This document shows positions 53,156-63,300 of a DNA stretch of 64,000 bases, piece by piece. The position numbers were made by a program, and so were the translations under genes. The notes below the pieces were generated by a model. The model had not been told where the DNA came from, ran no database searches, and saw only the letters and a list, made by a program, of their open reading frames with translations. The DNA comes from Patescibacteria group bacterium. GTDB lineage: Bacteria > Patescibacteriota > Patescibacteriia > Patescibacteriales > UBA12465. The stretch is taken from NCBI GenBank assembly GCA_041651095.1, contig JBAZJV010000003.1, positions 80,293 through 144,292 of the forward strand. Direction: 5' to 3'. The first letter of the stretch is position 1, and each line of letters begins with the position of its first letter.

Positions 53156-53443
53156 TCATAGGGCAGCAAGTAATAATGATACCACTAGGAAGGAACAAAC
53201 GAGAACCAGTCGTTTGCCATTTTTCAATACATAATCTTTAATGATTAGGATTGAGATAGCTGTTGCGACTCCTATGAATGGCAGTACTGCTATTGCCGTA
53301 CTGTCGCTTAACCAACTAAATTGGCTTATCAGCTGGTATCTTACGCCCAACAAATATAGGCAGATAACAGTCCATAGAGCCGTAAAGAACAAATAGCATA
53401 CCCGGAAAATGACTTGAGGAATCGTGTTCATTTGTTTCTCCAT
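53156..53443 (-). CDS. small hypothetical membrane protein (3 TM, 95 aa)
   Basis: Hydrophobic profile only; low-GC gene. Confidence 0.45.
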   Translation of the reverse strand: MEKQMNTIPQVIFRVCYLFFTALWTVICLYLLGVRYQLISQFSWLSDSTAIAVLPFIGVATAISILIIKDYVLKNGKRLVLVCSFLVVSLLLAAL

Positions 53444-53488
53444 TTGTTGTTATTTCAATTGTTTTAATATTAACATATTAATTAATAA

Positions 53489-54388
53489 ATGTCAATATTA
53501 GATAATAAAAAATTCAATATTAACTTAATTTTTAAAGAATCTTCCCTGCCTAGATTAGAAACGGAAATCCTGGTCTCTTTTTTAACCAAGAAAAGCCGCG
53601 AGCACCTGCTAACGCATCCTAATCTAAAAATCAGCGGCGCCATATTTAATAAATATAAGAAATTAGAACTTAAACGTCGGCAGAACTGGCCCATAGCCTA
53701 TCTGGTCGGCCATAAGGAATTTTATAGCCTTGATTTAAAGGTCAGCCCGGCCGTACTGACGCCGCGGCCGGAAACGGAATTGATCGTAGATGAGGTTATT
53801 AGCTTGATGCGATCCGAGAGATCAGCCGGAGGGCCATTGATCATTGATGTCGGGACAGGTTCCGGCGCGATCATTATTGCAATCGCCGCGGAATTAAAGA
53901 GGCTCTTCCCCGCTCGATTCAAAAAAACTAGTTTTGCCGCGATTGATATATCTGCCGCGGCTTTGCGCCTCGCCAGGCAGAACGCCAAAAAACATCAGCT
54001 GACTCGAAAAATTAAATTTTACCGTGGCAACCTGTTGACCCCCTTGCTTCCGGACATAAAAAAAATACCAAATCGTCAATTAGTCATCACGGCTAATCTT
54101 CCCTATTTGACGCCGGCGCAAATTCGGACATCGCCGTCAATTAGGCGGGAGCCTAAATTAGCGCTTAATGGCGGCAAAGACGGATTAAAATATTACCGCG
54201 AATTATTTAGGCAACTGGCAAAACTAACCGGGCTTCATGACGGCTGGCGCTTATTCTGCGAAATAGACCCATCGCAAGCCAACCCGATTAACAATCTGGC
54301 CAAGCATTATTTCCCTGCTGCCAAATCAGCGATCAAACGCGACCTGGCAGGGCGAAACAGGCTGCTGGTTAGCCGATCAGGGAAATAA
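53489..54388 (+). CDS. prmC: release-factor glutamine N5-methyltransferase PrmC/HemK
   Basis: VLTPRPETE, SAM motif IIDVGTGSGAI, and catalytic tetrapeptide present as NLPY. Confidence 0.85.
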   Translation: MSILDNKKFNINLIFKESSLPRLETEILVSFLTKKSREHLLTHPNLKISGAIFNKYKKLELKRRQNWPIAYLVGHKEFYSLDLKVSPAVLTPRPETELIVDEVISLMRSERSAGGPLIIDVGTGSGAIIIAIAAELKRLFPARFKKTSFAAIDISAAALRLARQNAKKHQLTRKIKFYRGNLLTPLLPDIKKIPNRQLVITANLPYLTPAQIRTSPSIRREPKLALNGGKDGLKYYRELFRQLAKLTGLHDGWRLFCEIDPSQANPINNLAKHYFPAAKSAIKRDLAGRNRLLVSRSGK

Positions 54389-54413
54389 AAAAGATCCTTT
54401 ATGCAAGGATCTT
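54385..54413 (-). terminator. intrinsic terminator after the lipoprotein gene (also closes prmC)
   Basis: AAGATCCTT-TATGC-AAGGATCTT stem; TTTTTTATTT on the minus strand. Confidence 0.6.
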
Positions 54414-54435
54414 CTCCGAGGGATTGCTGAAAAAT

Positions 54436-54810
54436 TTATAGCGGCTGGAATGTCCATTTTGCCGCCGCGGCAAATTTTTGCAAATCAGATCGACCAAGGG
54501 GCAACTTATAAGAAGTTTTGGTTAGGTCATGATATTTGATGACCATGTCCGGACCGTAAGCCGAACCTCCTATGCCCACCTTGCCCTGCGACCGCATATA
54601 TACCACATCTACGGTGTCAGAAACGGCAACTCCGTCCAGGGTGGCGGTGACGATTGCTCGTTTACAGTTAACACTTTGATCCGGCGCGAAGACACTTATG
54701 AACCCCATTTCTTCTATCCCGGCATATTCAGCCTGCATGTTTACTAGTGAACCTGAGCAGGCGGATAAAAATAATACAGAAATTGTAGCTAATAACATGA
54801 TTTTTTTCAT
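54436..54810 (-). CDS. hypothetical lipoprotein
   Basis: Signal peptide with lipobox FLSAC. No family recognised. Confidence 0.5.
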   Translation of the reverse strand: MKKIMLLATISVLFLSACSGSLVNMQAEYAGIEEMGFISVFAPDQSVNCKRAIVTATLDGVAVSDTVDVVYMRSQGKVGIGGSAYGPDMVIKYHDLTKTSYKLPLGRSDLQKFAAAAKWTFQPL

Positions 54811-55005
54811 GGCACGACCTTTATTTTATGAATGATGGGTTTTTAAACGAACGAATAGTTGATTTATCATACTACAATATAACACAAAATCTGTCAATAC
54901 AAAACCAGCCTAAGCTGGTTAGTTGTTCCGGATCATGGATTTGCACCACGATGCACGGCTCCAAAGGCCGCTGTCTTGCTAGCTTAAACGAATCCGGAAT
55001 ATACC

Positions 55006-55031
55006 AAAAGTCAGCCGAGCGGCTGACTTTT
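55006..55031. terminator. intrinsic terminator after rplY
   Basis: AAAAGTCAGCCG-AG-CGGCTGACTTTT perfect stem. Confidence 0.7.
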
Positions 55032-55044
55032 GTTAAACTGACAA

Positions 55045-55689
55045 TTATTGCTTCTTTTCCGGTTCTTTCTTCTCTCCTTCGGCCGGTGCCGCTTCTCCAG
55101 TCGCCGCCGTTTCCGCGGCCGCTCCTTCAGCCACTGGTTCCGGTTCGGCTTCTACCTTCGGCTCCTTGACCGCCGCGACGACGTCATTGGTGTGGCGCAG
55201 CAAGGTCAATCCGGCCGGCAATTTCAGATCGTTGATATGGATAGCATCCTCGAAAGTATTAAGCACGGAAATATCGACGTCGATGTGATCGACCAGGTCG
55301 CTCGGCAAACATTCCACTTCAATAGCATCGATATCCTTGATCAGGGCGCCGCCCAATTCGCGCACGGCCTTAGCCTCGCCGATGAAATGCAGCGGGATTT
55401 CGGTCTTGATCTTTTCTTTCATGTTGACCTGATAAAAATCCACGTGGGTATAATAATTCTTCAGGACATTGCGCTGGACTTCCTTGACCAGGACTTTGAC
55501 CGTATCCTCTCCGACCGAGAGATCGATCAAGTTTGATTCGCCGGCCTCGCCGAAGGCCTTATCGAAATCGACCCGTTTGAGCTGCAGGTTCTTGTTATCT
55601 ATCCCTTTGCCGTATAATACGCCAGGCAGAGAGTCCGGACCCAATTTCTCCTGGCTCTTCCGGAGCTGGGCGCTGAGTTTGATCGTCAT
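55045..55689 (-). CDS. rplY: 50S ribosomal protein L25/Ctc with an acidic A/E/P-rich tail
   Basis: N-terminal LPGVLYGKG, two-domain Ctc architecture, C-terminal EAEPEPVAEGAAAE... tail. Confidence 0.85.
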   Translation of the reverse strand: MTIKLSAQLRKSQEKLGPDSLPGVLYGKGIDNKNLQLKRVDFDKAFGEAGESNLIDLSVGEDTVKVLVKEVQRNVLKNYYTHVDFYQVNMKEKIKTEIPLHFIGEAKAVRELGGALIKDIDAIEVECLPSDLVDHIDVDISVLNTFEDAIHINDLKLPAGLTLLRHTNDVVAAVKEPKVEAEPEPVAEGAAAETAATGEAAPAEGEKKEPEKKQ

Positions 55690-55693
55690 AAAC

Positions 55694-56800
55694 TTAATAA
55701 CTAATTTTTGACTTAATAATGATATTTTCCATGATGCCCACCAGGATCAGTAGTGAAACCAGCGAGCTGCCTCCGTAACTGACGAAAGGCAGGGGCAGGC
55801 CGACGACCGGCATGATCCCCAAGTTCATACCAATATTAATAAACATTTGGATAAAAATCAAGCCTTCGGCTCCCAGCAGGAAATAGATGCCGAAATCGTT
55901 ATTGATTTTGCGTAAAACCGCACCGCAACGGAAAAAAAAGATCAGATAGAAAGCCAGAATCAAGCCGACGCCCAGCAAGCCCAATTCTTCGGCGATGACC
56001 GCGAAAATGAAGTCGGTTTGCGCCTCGGGCAGGAATTTGAGCTGCGACTGCGAACCGAAACCGACGCCTTTGCCGGTCAGGCCGCCGGAACCGACGGCGA
56101 TTATTGCCTGGGAAATGTTGTAGCCGGACTCCAAGGAATTGGCGCCCGGATTAAAGAAATTTAAAACTCTTTCTTTCTGATAGTCCTTAAACAGGAAGAA
56201 CCAGGAAACGGCCAGGACTAAAACCGCCGCCAGGCCGACGATCAGATAGTACCGCTTGGAAAAACCGGCGGCCAAAATCATGACCAGCCAGATCGCGCCT
56301 AAAATAAGCGCCGAGCCGAAATCCGGCTGCATAATCACCAAAAAGATCAAGAAGCCCGCGCCGAGCGCCGAATTCAAGAAATGACGGGCCGTCTTGACCT
56401 TGGTCGCCAGATTGGAAAAATATTTAGCCAAAAACAAGATCAGGGTAATTTTGACGAATTCCACCGGCTGCAAGCCTAAGCCGAAAAAAGAAAACCAGCC
56501 CTTGGTGCCGCGGATGGTCTGGCCGACGAATAAAACGGCCAAGAGCACGACTCCGGCCAAAATATAAAAATGGCGGCTCAAGCTCCGCAAGAAGCGGTAA
56601 TCGATGAAAGCGAAGATGAACAGCAGGATAAAACCGATGCCGGCAAACAGCAATTGCTTTCGAAAATTAAGCAGATTGCCGCTGCCCTGGCCCAAGGCCA
56701 CGCTGTATATTTCCACCAGGCCGAAAGTGACCAGAAGCAGGACGGAAGCGAAAACGATCCAGTCGAAATTTTTCAGATAAAGCTTAAAGCGGCTGAACAT
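55694..56800 (-). CDS. FtsW/RodA/SpoVE-family peptidoglycan polymerase
   Basis: SEDS motifs QPDFGSA, DFIFAVIAEELG, PLPFVSYGGSS. Confidence 0.9.
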   Translation of the reverse strand: MFSRFKLYLKNFDWIVFASVLLLVTFGLVEIYSVALGQGSGNLLNFRKQLLFAGIGFILLFIFAFIDYRFLRSLSRHFYILAGVVLLAVLFVGQTIRGTKGWFSFFGLGLQPVEFVKITLILFLAKYFSNLATKVKTARHFLNSALGAGFLIFLVIMQPDFGSALILGAIWLVMILAAGFSKRYYLIVGLAAVLVLAVSWFFLFKDYQKERVLNFFNPGANSLESGYNISQAIIAVGSGGLTGKGVGFGSQSQLKFLPEAQTDFIFAVIAEELGLLGVGLILAFYLIFFFRCGAVLRKINNDFGIYFLLGAEGLIFIQMFINIGMNLGIMPVVGLPLPFVSYGGSSLVSLLILVGIMENIIIKSKISY

Positions 56801-56803
56801 AAG

Positions 56804-57703
56804 CTAATTAGTCGCTCCTCCCTGATATTTCCAATAGACCTGATTATCCATAATATTAAGATCCGGCACGATTTCCGTCATATTCACGCCCGCCAAGTCG
56901 CCGGCCCAGCTCATTCTGACCTCGCGCCGGGCGCCAGCCGAAAAATTTTCCAAAACATAACGGTTGACGCCGACCAATTCCGAACCGCTAAAGAGCAGGA
57001 TGTTCAAAGGCACCTCGTAATAGCTATAAGCCGTCTGATTCTGGATGGCAAAAGACAAATGGTTCAGGCTGATCTTATCGGACAGCTGATTCTTAGTGCC
57101 GGCGGAAAAAGCTGTTTCGCCGATCGAGAAATTGAGACGTTCGGTAAAAAACGCGTTCCAATCCGGAATCTGGTGCGCGTTGATGCGCTGCCAAAAAATA
57201 TCGCTGACGCTGAAGTTGGCTCCGTTCTGGCTGCTTATTGCCGATTGGCCCAGGGCCAGGATATATTTTTCCGCCGCCGGCAGGATGAACTCCTGGCCGC
57301 AGGCCAGGTCATTCCCCGCGGCCGTGAAACAATATTTGAAAGTAGCCATGAACTTGTCGTTAGGATTGGCGATCTTGACTGCCAGATCAGCCTTATCACC
57401 GTTAACGAATACCTGGAGCGGCGCGATCCGCAGATCGTCCGTCAGCTGGCGGGGAGAAGTCGGCACGGCAGCAGAGATTTGGGCATTGGGGTCGTCAGAC
57501 ATGAAATAAATGAACAGATTATAGGATGAGAGGACGAAAAAGAAAACGCAGAGCAGAATAAGCAGCACCGTAAAAATCTTCAAAAATTTTTGGCGGTTTT
57601 CCGACAACCAGAGACCGAAATTCATTTCTCGCAGGCTCACGCCGCTAAGATCTTCGTAGTTTTTCAGATCGATGTCCTTATTGAGATTTTCCCCTTTTGA
57701 CAT
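56804..57703 (-). CDS. hypothetical membrane-anchored protein (one TM, extracytoplasmic beta-rich domain)
   Basis: One TM helix (FLKIFTVLLILLCVFFFVL). 3-nt gap to the SEDS gene downstream. No family recognised. Confidence 0.5.
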   Translation of the reverse strand: MSKGENLNKDIDLKNYEDLSGVSLREMNFGLWLSENRQKFLKIFTVLLILLCVFFFVLSSYNLFIYFMSDDPNAQISAAVPTSPRQLTDDLRIAPLQVFVNGDKADLAVKIANPNDKFMATFKYCFTAAGNDLACGQEFILPAAEKYILALGQSAISSQNGANFSVSDIFWQRINAHQIPDWNAFFTERLNFSIGETAFSAGTKNQLSDKISLNHLSFAIQNQTAYSYYEVPLNILLFSGSELVGVNRYVLENFSAGARREVRMSWAGDLAGVNMTEIVPDLNIMDNQVYWKYQGGATN

Positions 57704-57766
57704 ATTTATGATATAATATTGCTGACTTCATGATACCATATTCTTACAAATTTATAAATAATTACT

Positions 57767-58717
57767 ATGCTGGAAATTGAATATCCGCTCAGCGTTCCGC
57801 GACGCGCTAAAGACGAATACCGGCGGAATTATCGCGCCTTGACCAAGGGTCGGGGCCGCCTCCTCTTAATCGCCGGCGACCAGAAGGTGGAGCACCTTAA
57901 TGACGATTTTTTCGGGTCGGGCATCGCGCCGGAAGATAATGATCCGGAACATCTGTTTAAAATCGCTGCGGCTTCCCAGGGCGGCGTCCTGGCCGTTCAT
58001 TTAGGCCTGCTCTCCCGTTATGGCGGGCGCTACCGCCAGCTCCCTTATATCGTCAAGATTAACGGCAAGACCAATCTCGGACCGAATGAAGAGAAAAATT
58101 CCAGCCGTCCTTGGTGGACAGTCGCCGATATTGTCAGATTCAAGCGCGACAGCGGTTTACAGATAGTCGGCATCGGCTATACCTTATATCTGGGCGGACG
58201 TTATGAGGCGGAAATGCTCGCCGCGGCCGCGGCAGCCGTATATCAGGCGCATCAGGCCGGCTTGACCGCGATCATCTGGGTTTATCCGCGCGGCAAAAAC
58301 ATTCAAGAAGAGGACGTCCATACGATCGCCGGCGCGGCTGGCGTCGTAGCGGCCTTGGATGCGGATTTCGTCAAACTGAAGTATCCATATAAGCTCAAGG
58401 ATCAAGCTCTGGCGGCCAGGAAGTTCCAGGAAGCCACAACGGCGGCCGGCCGGACCAAAGTAATCTGCGTCGGCGGCTCGAAACGCCCGGTCAAAGATTT
58501 ATTATCGTCTTTAGAGGCTCAGATCAAGATTGCCGGGACGCAGGGCTTGGCCATGGGGCGGAACCTGCACCAACGGCCGCTCGCCGAAGCGACGCGCTTG
58601 AGCGCGGCTCTAGGAGCGATCATCTTCCACAATAAGAACGCTAAGGAAGCGGCGGCGATTTATGCGGCCAAACCGAAACCGTCGGCCAAGAATAGCCGTT
58701 TCCTGGGAATATTCTAA
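57767..58717 (+). CDS. class I aldolase, DhnA/FbaB-type (fructose-bisphosphate aldolase family)
   Basis: TIM-barrel pattern with the Schiff-base-type DFVKLKYP and GGSK...GLAMGRN. The precise substrate is not inferable. Confidence 0.6.
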   Translation: MLEIEYPLSVPRRAKDEYRRNYRALTKGRGRLLLIAGDQKVEHLNDDFFGSGIAPEDNDPEHLFKIAAASQGGVLAVHLGLLSRYGGRYRQLPYIVKINGKTNLGPNEEKNSSRPWWTVADIVRFKRDSGLQIVGIGYTLYLGGRYEAEMLAAAAAAVYQAHQAGLTAIIWVYPRGKNIQEEDVHTIAGAAGVVAALDADFVKLKYPYKLKDQALAARKFQEATTAAGRTKVICVGGSKRPVKDLLSSLEAQIKIAGTQGLAMGRNLHQRPLAEATRLSAALGAIIFHNKNAKEAAAIYAAKPKPSAKNSRFLGIF

Positions 58718-58744
58718 TCAGCTAATATTGTTTATCTCCGTACC

Positions 58745-58775
58745 AAAAAACGCTAATTAATAAATTAGCGTTTTT
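58745..58775. terminator. bidirectional terminator between convergent genes
   Basis: CGCTAATT-AATA-AATTAGCG stem flanked by an A-run and a T-run. Confidence 0.7.
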
Positions 58776-58800
58776 AAATTTACTCGCTTAACTTGAAAAA

Positions 58801-60279
58801 TCAATCTTTTTTGATCACAATCTTAATCCGATCGACCAAGCTGGGCGCTTTCTTGATGAAAGCCGGCGAGAAAGACAGGGAGAAATCCTTGACTTCCGGC
58901 TGAGCCTTCAAATAAGTGGCGATCTGATCGGCGCTCAGGTTGACCAGTTGCTGCGGATTGATCACTTGCGCATCACGTTTCAGGACCATAATGCCGCTAA
59001 AAGAAGCCTTGACCGTAGCCGTCCTGGTAGGCGCATCGTAATTCTCCAGGCTGTAAACGATATTTTCCGGCTTGAATTCGGTCAATTCCTTGTCGTCCGG
59101 AATAATCAGGTTCAGCTTGGCTGCCGCCAGCTTGGCCGCTTGCTCCTTGGGAAAATATATGGCGATTATTTTTCCGCTCGCCTGAGCCGTGAACTGATCC
59201 TGTTGGCTGCCCTTTTTCGCGCTGAAGCTGATGGCAGGCGAATCGCCGCCGGCATACAGCCAATTGCTGTCCGCCGGCGAACCGGCACTGGCTTGCTCCT
59301 TGGCGGTCCTTAATAGGGCATCGGTGATATCAGTTGTCGCCCATTCCAAATCGCTGACGTTCACGTATTTTTTAACCTTCTGGCTATAAGCAAATTTAGC
59401 GTCGCTTTTGGCGTAGATCTTGTCCTGCAGGCCGACCCAGAGGCCGGGGATGGTAAAAGTGGTCGGATCAAGAGCCAGAACGGCGCTGGGCTTGTCGGCG
59501 TATATGCCGACCGCCACTTCCCCGCCGGCCGGGACATTGACCGCCTCCTTTATTCGGAACAGTTTATTATCCGGGCTAAGCAGGCGCGTAGTGGCCACTA
59601 ATGGTTGATTCTTATTATAATTATTGATGATCCTGACCTGGCCGGAGATTTCTTCGCCTAGATAGGTTTCGCCGGTCGCCGGATAAGTGCGCTGCACGCT
59701 GGCGCTGACTTCCTTGATGGAACCGCTTACGGCCTCGCGTGGATCGTTCTCGCCGACCGTAGCGGCCGTCGTGCTCGCCGTGTTAGCGGCGGCATCCGCA
59801 ACTTTCAATAACAGGCTGTCATTGATGTTTTCGCCCTTCAGGCTAATAGTGACGGTCAGCTGGGAAAAGGAAAAATAGGCGACGACCGCGGCTAAGGCCA
59901 GCACCAGGATGACGAATTTGATGACCAGGCGACGGTATAATCCGACACTGCGTCCCTTCTTGGCCGTTTTCGCTTCTTTAGCCGGGCCGCCGGCCCGGTG
60001 ATCATGACCCTTCATTTCCGAAGCCAGACCGGAAAAGAATTCTTTCTGGCGATCCAGATTCTCTAATTCCGCTTCGCTGACCGGAGTTTCTTCAATCCGG
60101 TCGCGATCGGCGATCCCGGACATGGTCGGATCAAAGGAAAGTCCTTCTGCCGGCTCGTCCTCAATGACATCAACCAGAATGGATTTGGTTTTCCGTTTAG
60201 GCCGGATAGTCCGCAGCGCCGGTTTCTTGGTCTTCGGTTTTGGAGCTCCGGCCGGCGCGGCCGCTTTGGTTCTAGGCAT
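58801..60279 (-). CDS. hypothetical membrane-anchored protein with a K/P-rich N-terminus and a large extracytoplasmic domain
   Basis: MPRTKAAAPAGAPKPKTKKP..., one TM helix (FVILVLALAAVVAYF). No family recognised. I prefer the start at 60279. Confidence 0.5.
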   Translation of the reverse strand: MPRTKAAAPAGAPKPKTKKPALRTIRPKRKTKSILVDVIEDEPAEGLSFDPTMSGIADRDRIEETPVSEAELENLDRQKEFFSGLASEMKGHDHRAGGPAKEAKTAKKGRSVGLYRRLVIKFVILVLALAAVVAYFSFSQLTVTISLKGENINDSLLLKVADAAANTASTTAATVGENDPREAVSGSIKEVSASVQRTYPATGETYLGEEISGQVRIINNYNKNQPLVATTRLLSPDNKLFRIKEAVNVPAGGEVAVGIYADKPSAVLALDPTTFTIPGLWVGLQDKIYAKSDAKFAYSQKVKKYVNVSDLEWATTDITDALLRTAKEQASAGSPADSNWLYAGGDSPAISFSAKKGSQQDQFTAQASGKIIAIYFPKEQAAKLAAAKLNLIIPDDKELTEFKPENIVYSLENYDAPTRTATVKASFSGIMVLKRDAQVINPQQLVNLSADQIATYLKAQPEVKDFSLSFSPAFIKKAPSLVDRIKIVIKKD

Positions 60280-60358
60280 AATAAATAAAAAAGTGAAGCA
60301 AATTACCAACTAGCTCCATTATAACAGAATTTAAAAAGGCCGACAATTTTTTCGGCAT

Positions 60359-63300
60359 TCAGGCGGCAATTTTTATGTCCGAAGAAAATTTATCCCGGAT
60401 CTGCCGCTGCAAAGCATCGCCGTTGTCCACCCGGAAAGCCGTTTTGATGACGCGCGCTTGTCCGGCTTCGTTAAAGCGGAAATAAACTTCATCTTGGCCC
60501 GGATGCGCGGCGAAAATCCGGAGCAATTCCGTCTGTATGGCAGCGGTCGGTTCGGCCAGGAAAGTCAGGCGTAAAGGATTGATCGATTGACGGACGGCGC
60601 TGACGGGCGGCGTGGCGGCGGCCGATTGCGGCGTTACCGGCTTAAGCGACGCCGGAACAGATTTATGGCCGTTACCATGACCGTTATGATAACCATTGCC
60701 GTTATGATAACCGTTATTATTGCGGAAGCCGTTCTTAGGCGGCCCGCTTTCTAAAATTAATTTCTTGAAGGCGTCAATGGAGCGCTGCGGTTCCGCCTGA
60801 TCCAGGGCGCTGGCCCGATTGACCAGCACCTTGATTTCTAAATCTTTTTCCGACACCTTGCCGTCGATAATCACGGATTGCCCGACGCGCCATAAGGCGG
60901 CGGTCTCTTTGAGCAGGCGCGGGAAAACCAATAATTCGACCGTGGTCGTCGCATCTTCTATTTTCACGAACAACATTGATTCGCCGCTCCGGGTAATTAT
61001 TTTCTTGATCACGGAAACTACGCCGGCCGCGATGACGCGATCATCACCCTTATGCTGCGGCAATTCGGCCAGCGGCACGGCATAATTCGCCAGATAGGGC
61101 CGGAAAACGTTCTGCGGATGCTCGCTGACATAAAGGCCGAGCAACTCTTTTTCCCAATTCAGCTTGTCGCTTTGTTCGGCCGGCGCCGCGGGCGAGAGCT
61201 GGGGGCGGCCGATGCCGGCCGTCGGCAGGTCGGCAAAGAGGCTGCTTTGCTTGCTATCTTTATTCTTGGCAATCTCCTTATTGAGGCTGAGCAGCCGTTC
61301 CAGGTTGGCCAAGAGCTGGCCGCGCTCGCCGAAACTGTCCAGGGCGCCGCTCCTGATCAGGCTTTCCATGGATTTCTTGTTCAGGTCCTTATCCGTTATC
61401 CGTTCCAAAAGATCAAAGATGTCCTGGTACGGGCCATGCTCTTTGCGTTCGCGGATTATTTCCTCCACGATATGCTCGCCGACGTTCTTGATCGCCTTAA
61501 GCCCGAAGCGGATGGTTTCCGACTTGGCCGCGGCGGCGACAGACTGGTTGGTCTTGGTGCCGGCCGTGACGACGGTAAAGGTCCCGAACGATTCATTGAC
61601 ATCCGGCGCCATTATTTTCAACCCCATATTGCGGCATTCCTCGATTTCGATGGCCACCCGATCCGTGTCTCCCTGGTCCGAAGTCAATAAGGCCGCCATG
61701 AATTCCGCCGGCCAGTGCGCTTTCAAATAAGCGGTCTGATAGCCGATCATGGCATAGCAGGCGGCATGGCTGCGATTGAAACCGTAGCCGGCAAAAGGCT
61801 CGATGAAAGAAAAAACCTTCTCGCCGAGCTCCTTATAGACGCCGTTCTTGACGCAACCTTCAATGAATTTCTCTTTCTGCTCCGCCAAGAGCGAGGCAAT
61901 TTTCTTGCCCACGGCCTTGCGCAAGACGTCAGCCTGCCCCATGGTAAATCCCGCCAAATCGCGGGCGATTTGCATAACCTGTTCCTGATAAATGGCGACA
62001 CCGTAGGTCTTTTCCAGGATTGGCGCCAGTTTCGGATGCAAGTAAGCGACTTTCTTCTTCTGGTGTTTGCCGGCGATATAGTCCGGAATCCATTCCATCG
62101 GCCCCGGCCGATATAAGGCGACCATGGCGATGATGTCTTCAAAAACCGTCGGCTTCAGCTCGCGCAAGTAGCGTTTCATGCCCGAAGATTCAAACTGGAA
62201 GACGCCGGTAGTTTCGCCCTCCTGGAATAATTTATAAGTCGCCGCGTCATCTAAAGGAATCTGCTCAATATCCAACTCCAAACCGCGGGTATTCTTGATA
62301 ATTTTCAAAGCCGATTCAATGATCGTCAGGTTCTTCAAGCCCAAAAAATCCATTTTCAAGAGGCCCAAGTCCTCGATCGGATGCAGCGAATACTGCGAGA
62401 TAACGCTGCGGTCGGCAGAAGAGGCGTATTGGATGGGGACATATTCGGTGAGCGGATCCTTGGTGATCAGGACGCCGCAGGCATGGGTGGAAGCGTGGCG
62501 AGCCACGCCTTCCAGGCGTTTGGCGTAATCCAGGATGCGCTTAGCCGGCGCTTCCTTCTGGTACATTTCCCGGAGTTCCGGCACGGTCTTCAGGGCTTCT
62601 TCCAGCTTCATGAACATCGGGATGCTCTTGGAAATCTTATCGCAGTAGTCATACGGCTCGTCCAGGACCCGGCCGACGTCGCGCACGGCCGCCCGGGCGG
62701 CCATGGTCCCGAAAGTGATGATCTGGGCGACGTGGTCGGAACCGTATTTTTTTTCCACGTACTGCAAGACCTCGCCGCGGCGGACGTCGGCAAAATCCAT
62801 ATCGATATCCGGCATGGAAATACGATCCGGGTTCAGGAAGCGCTCAAAAACCAGGTCGTATTTAAGGGGGTCAAGGTTGGTGATGCCGGTCAGATAGCAG
62901 ACCAAGGAACCGGCGGCCGAACCGCGGCCCGGACCGACCACGATCTTATTATCCTTGGCCCAATTAATGAAATCAGCGACGATTAAGAAATAAGACGGCC
63001 AACCCATCTTGGCGATAACCGATAATTCATAATCCAATCGTTCATTGATCGTTTTAAGTTCGTCTGGTCCGGCGCCGGGGAAACGCTTGCCGATTCCCTG
63101 CTCGCACCACTCCCGCAGATAGGAATTGCCGTCATAGCCTTGCGGCACTTCGAAATGCGGCAGCTGGATATTGCCGAGGTCGATTTCCACGTCGCACATC
63201 TCGGCGATCTTCAAGGTATTAGCTACGGCTTCCGGCGTTTCCCGGAAAGCGGCGGCCATTTCGGCGTTGGAACGCATGGAATAATCGCCGTAACCGAGCA

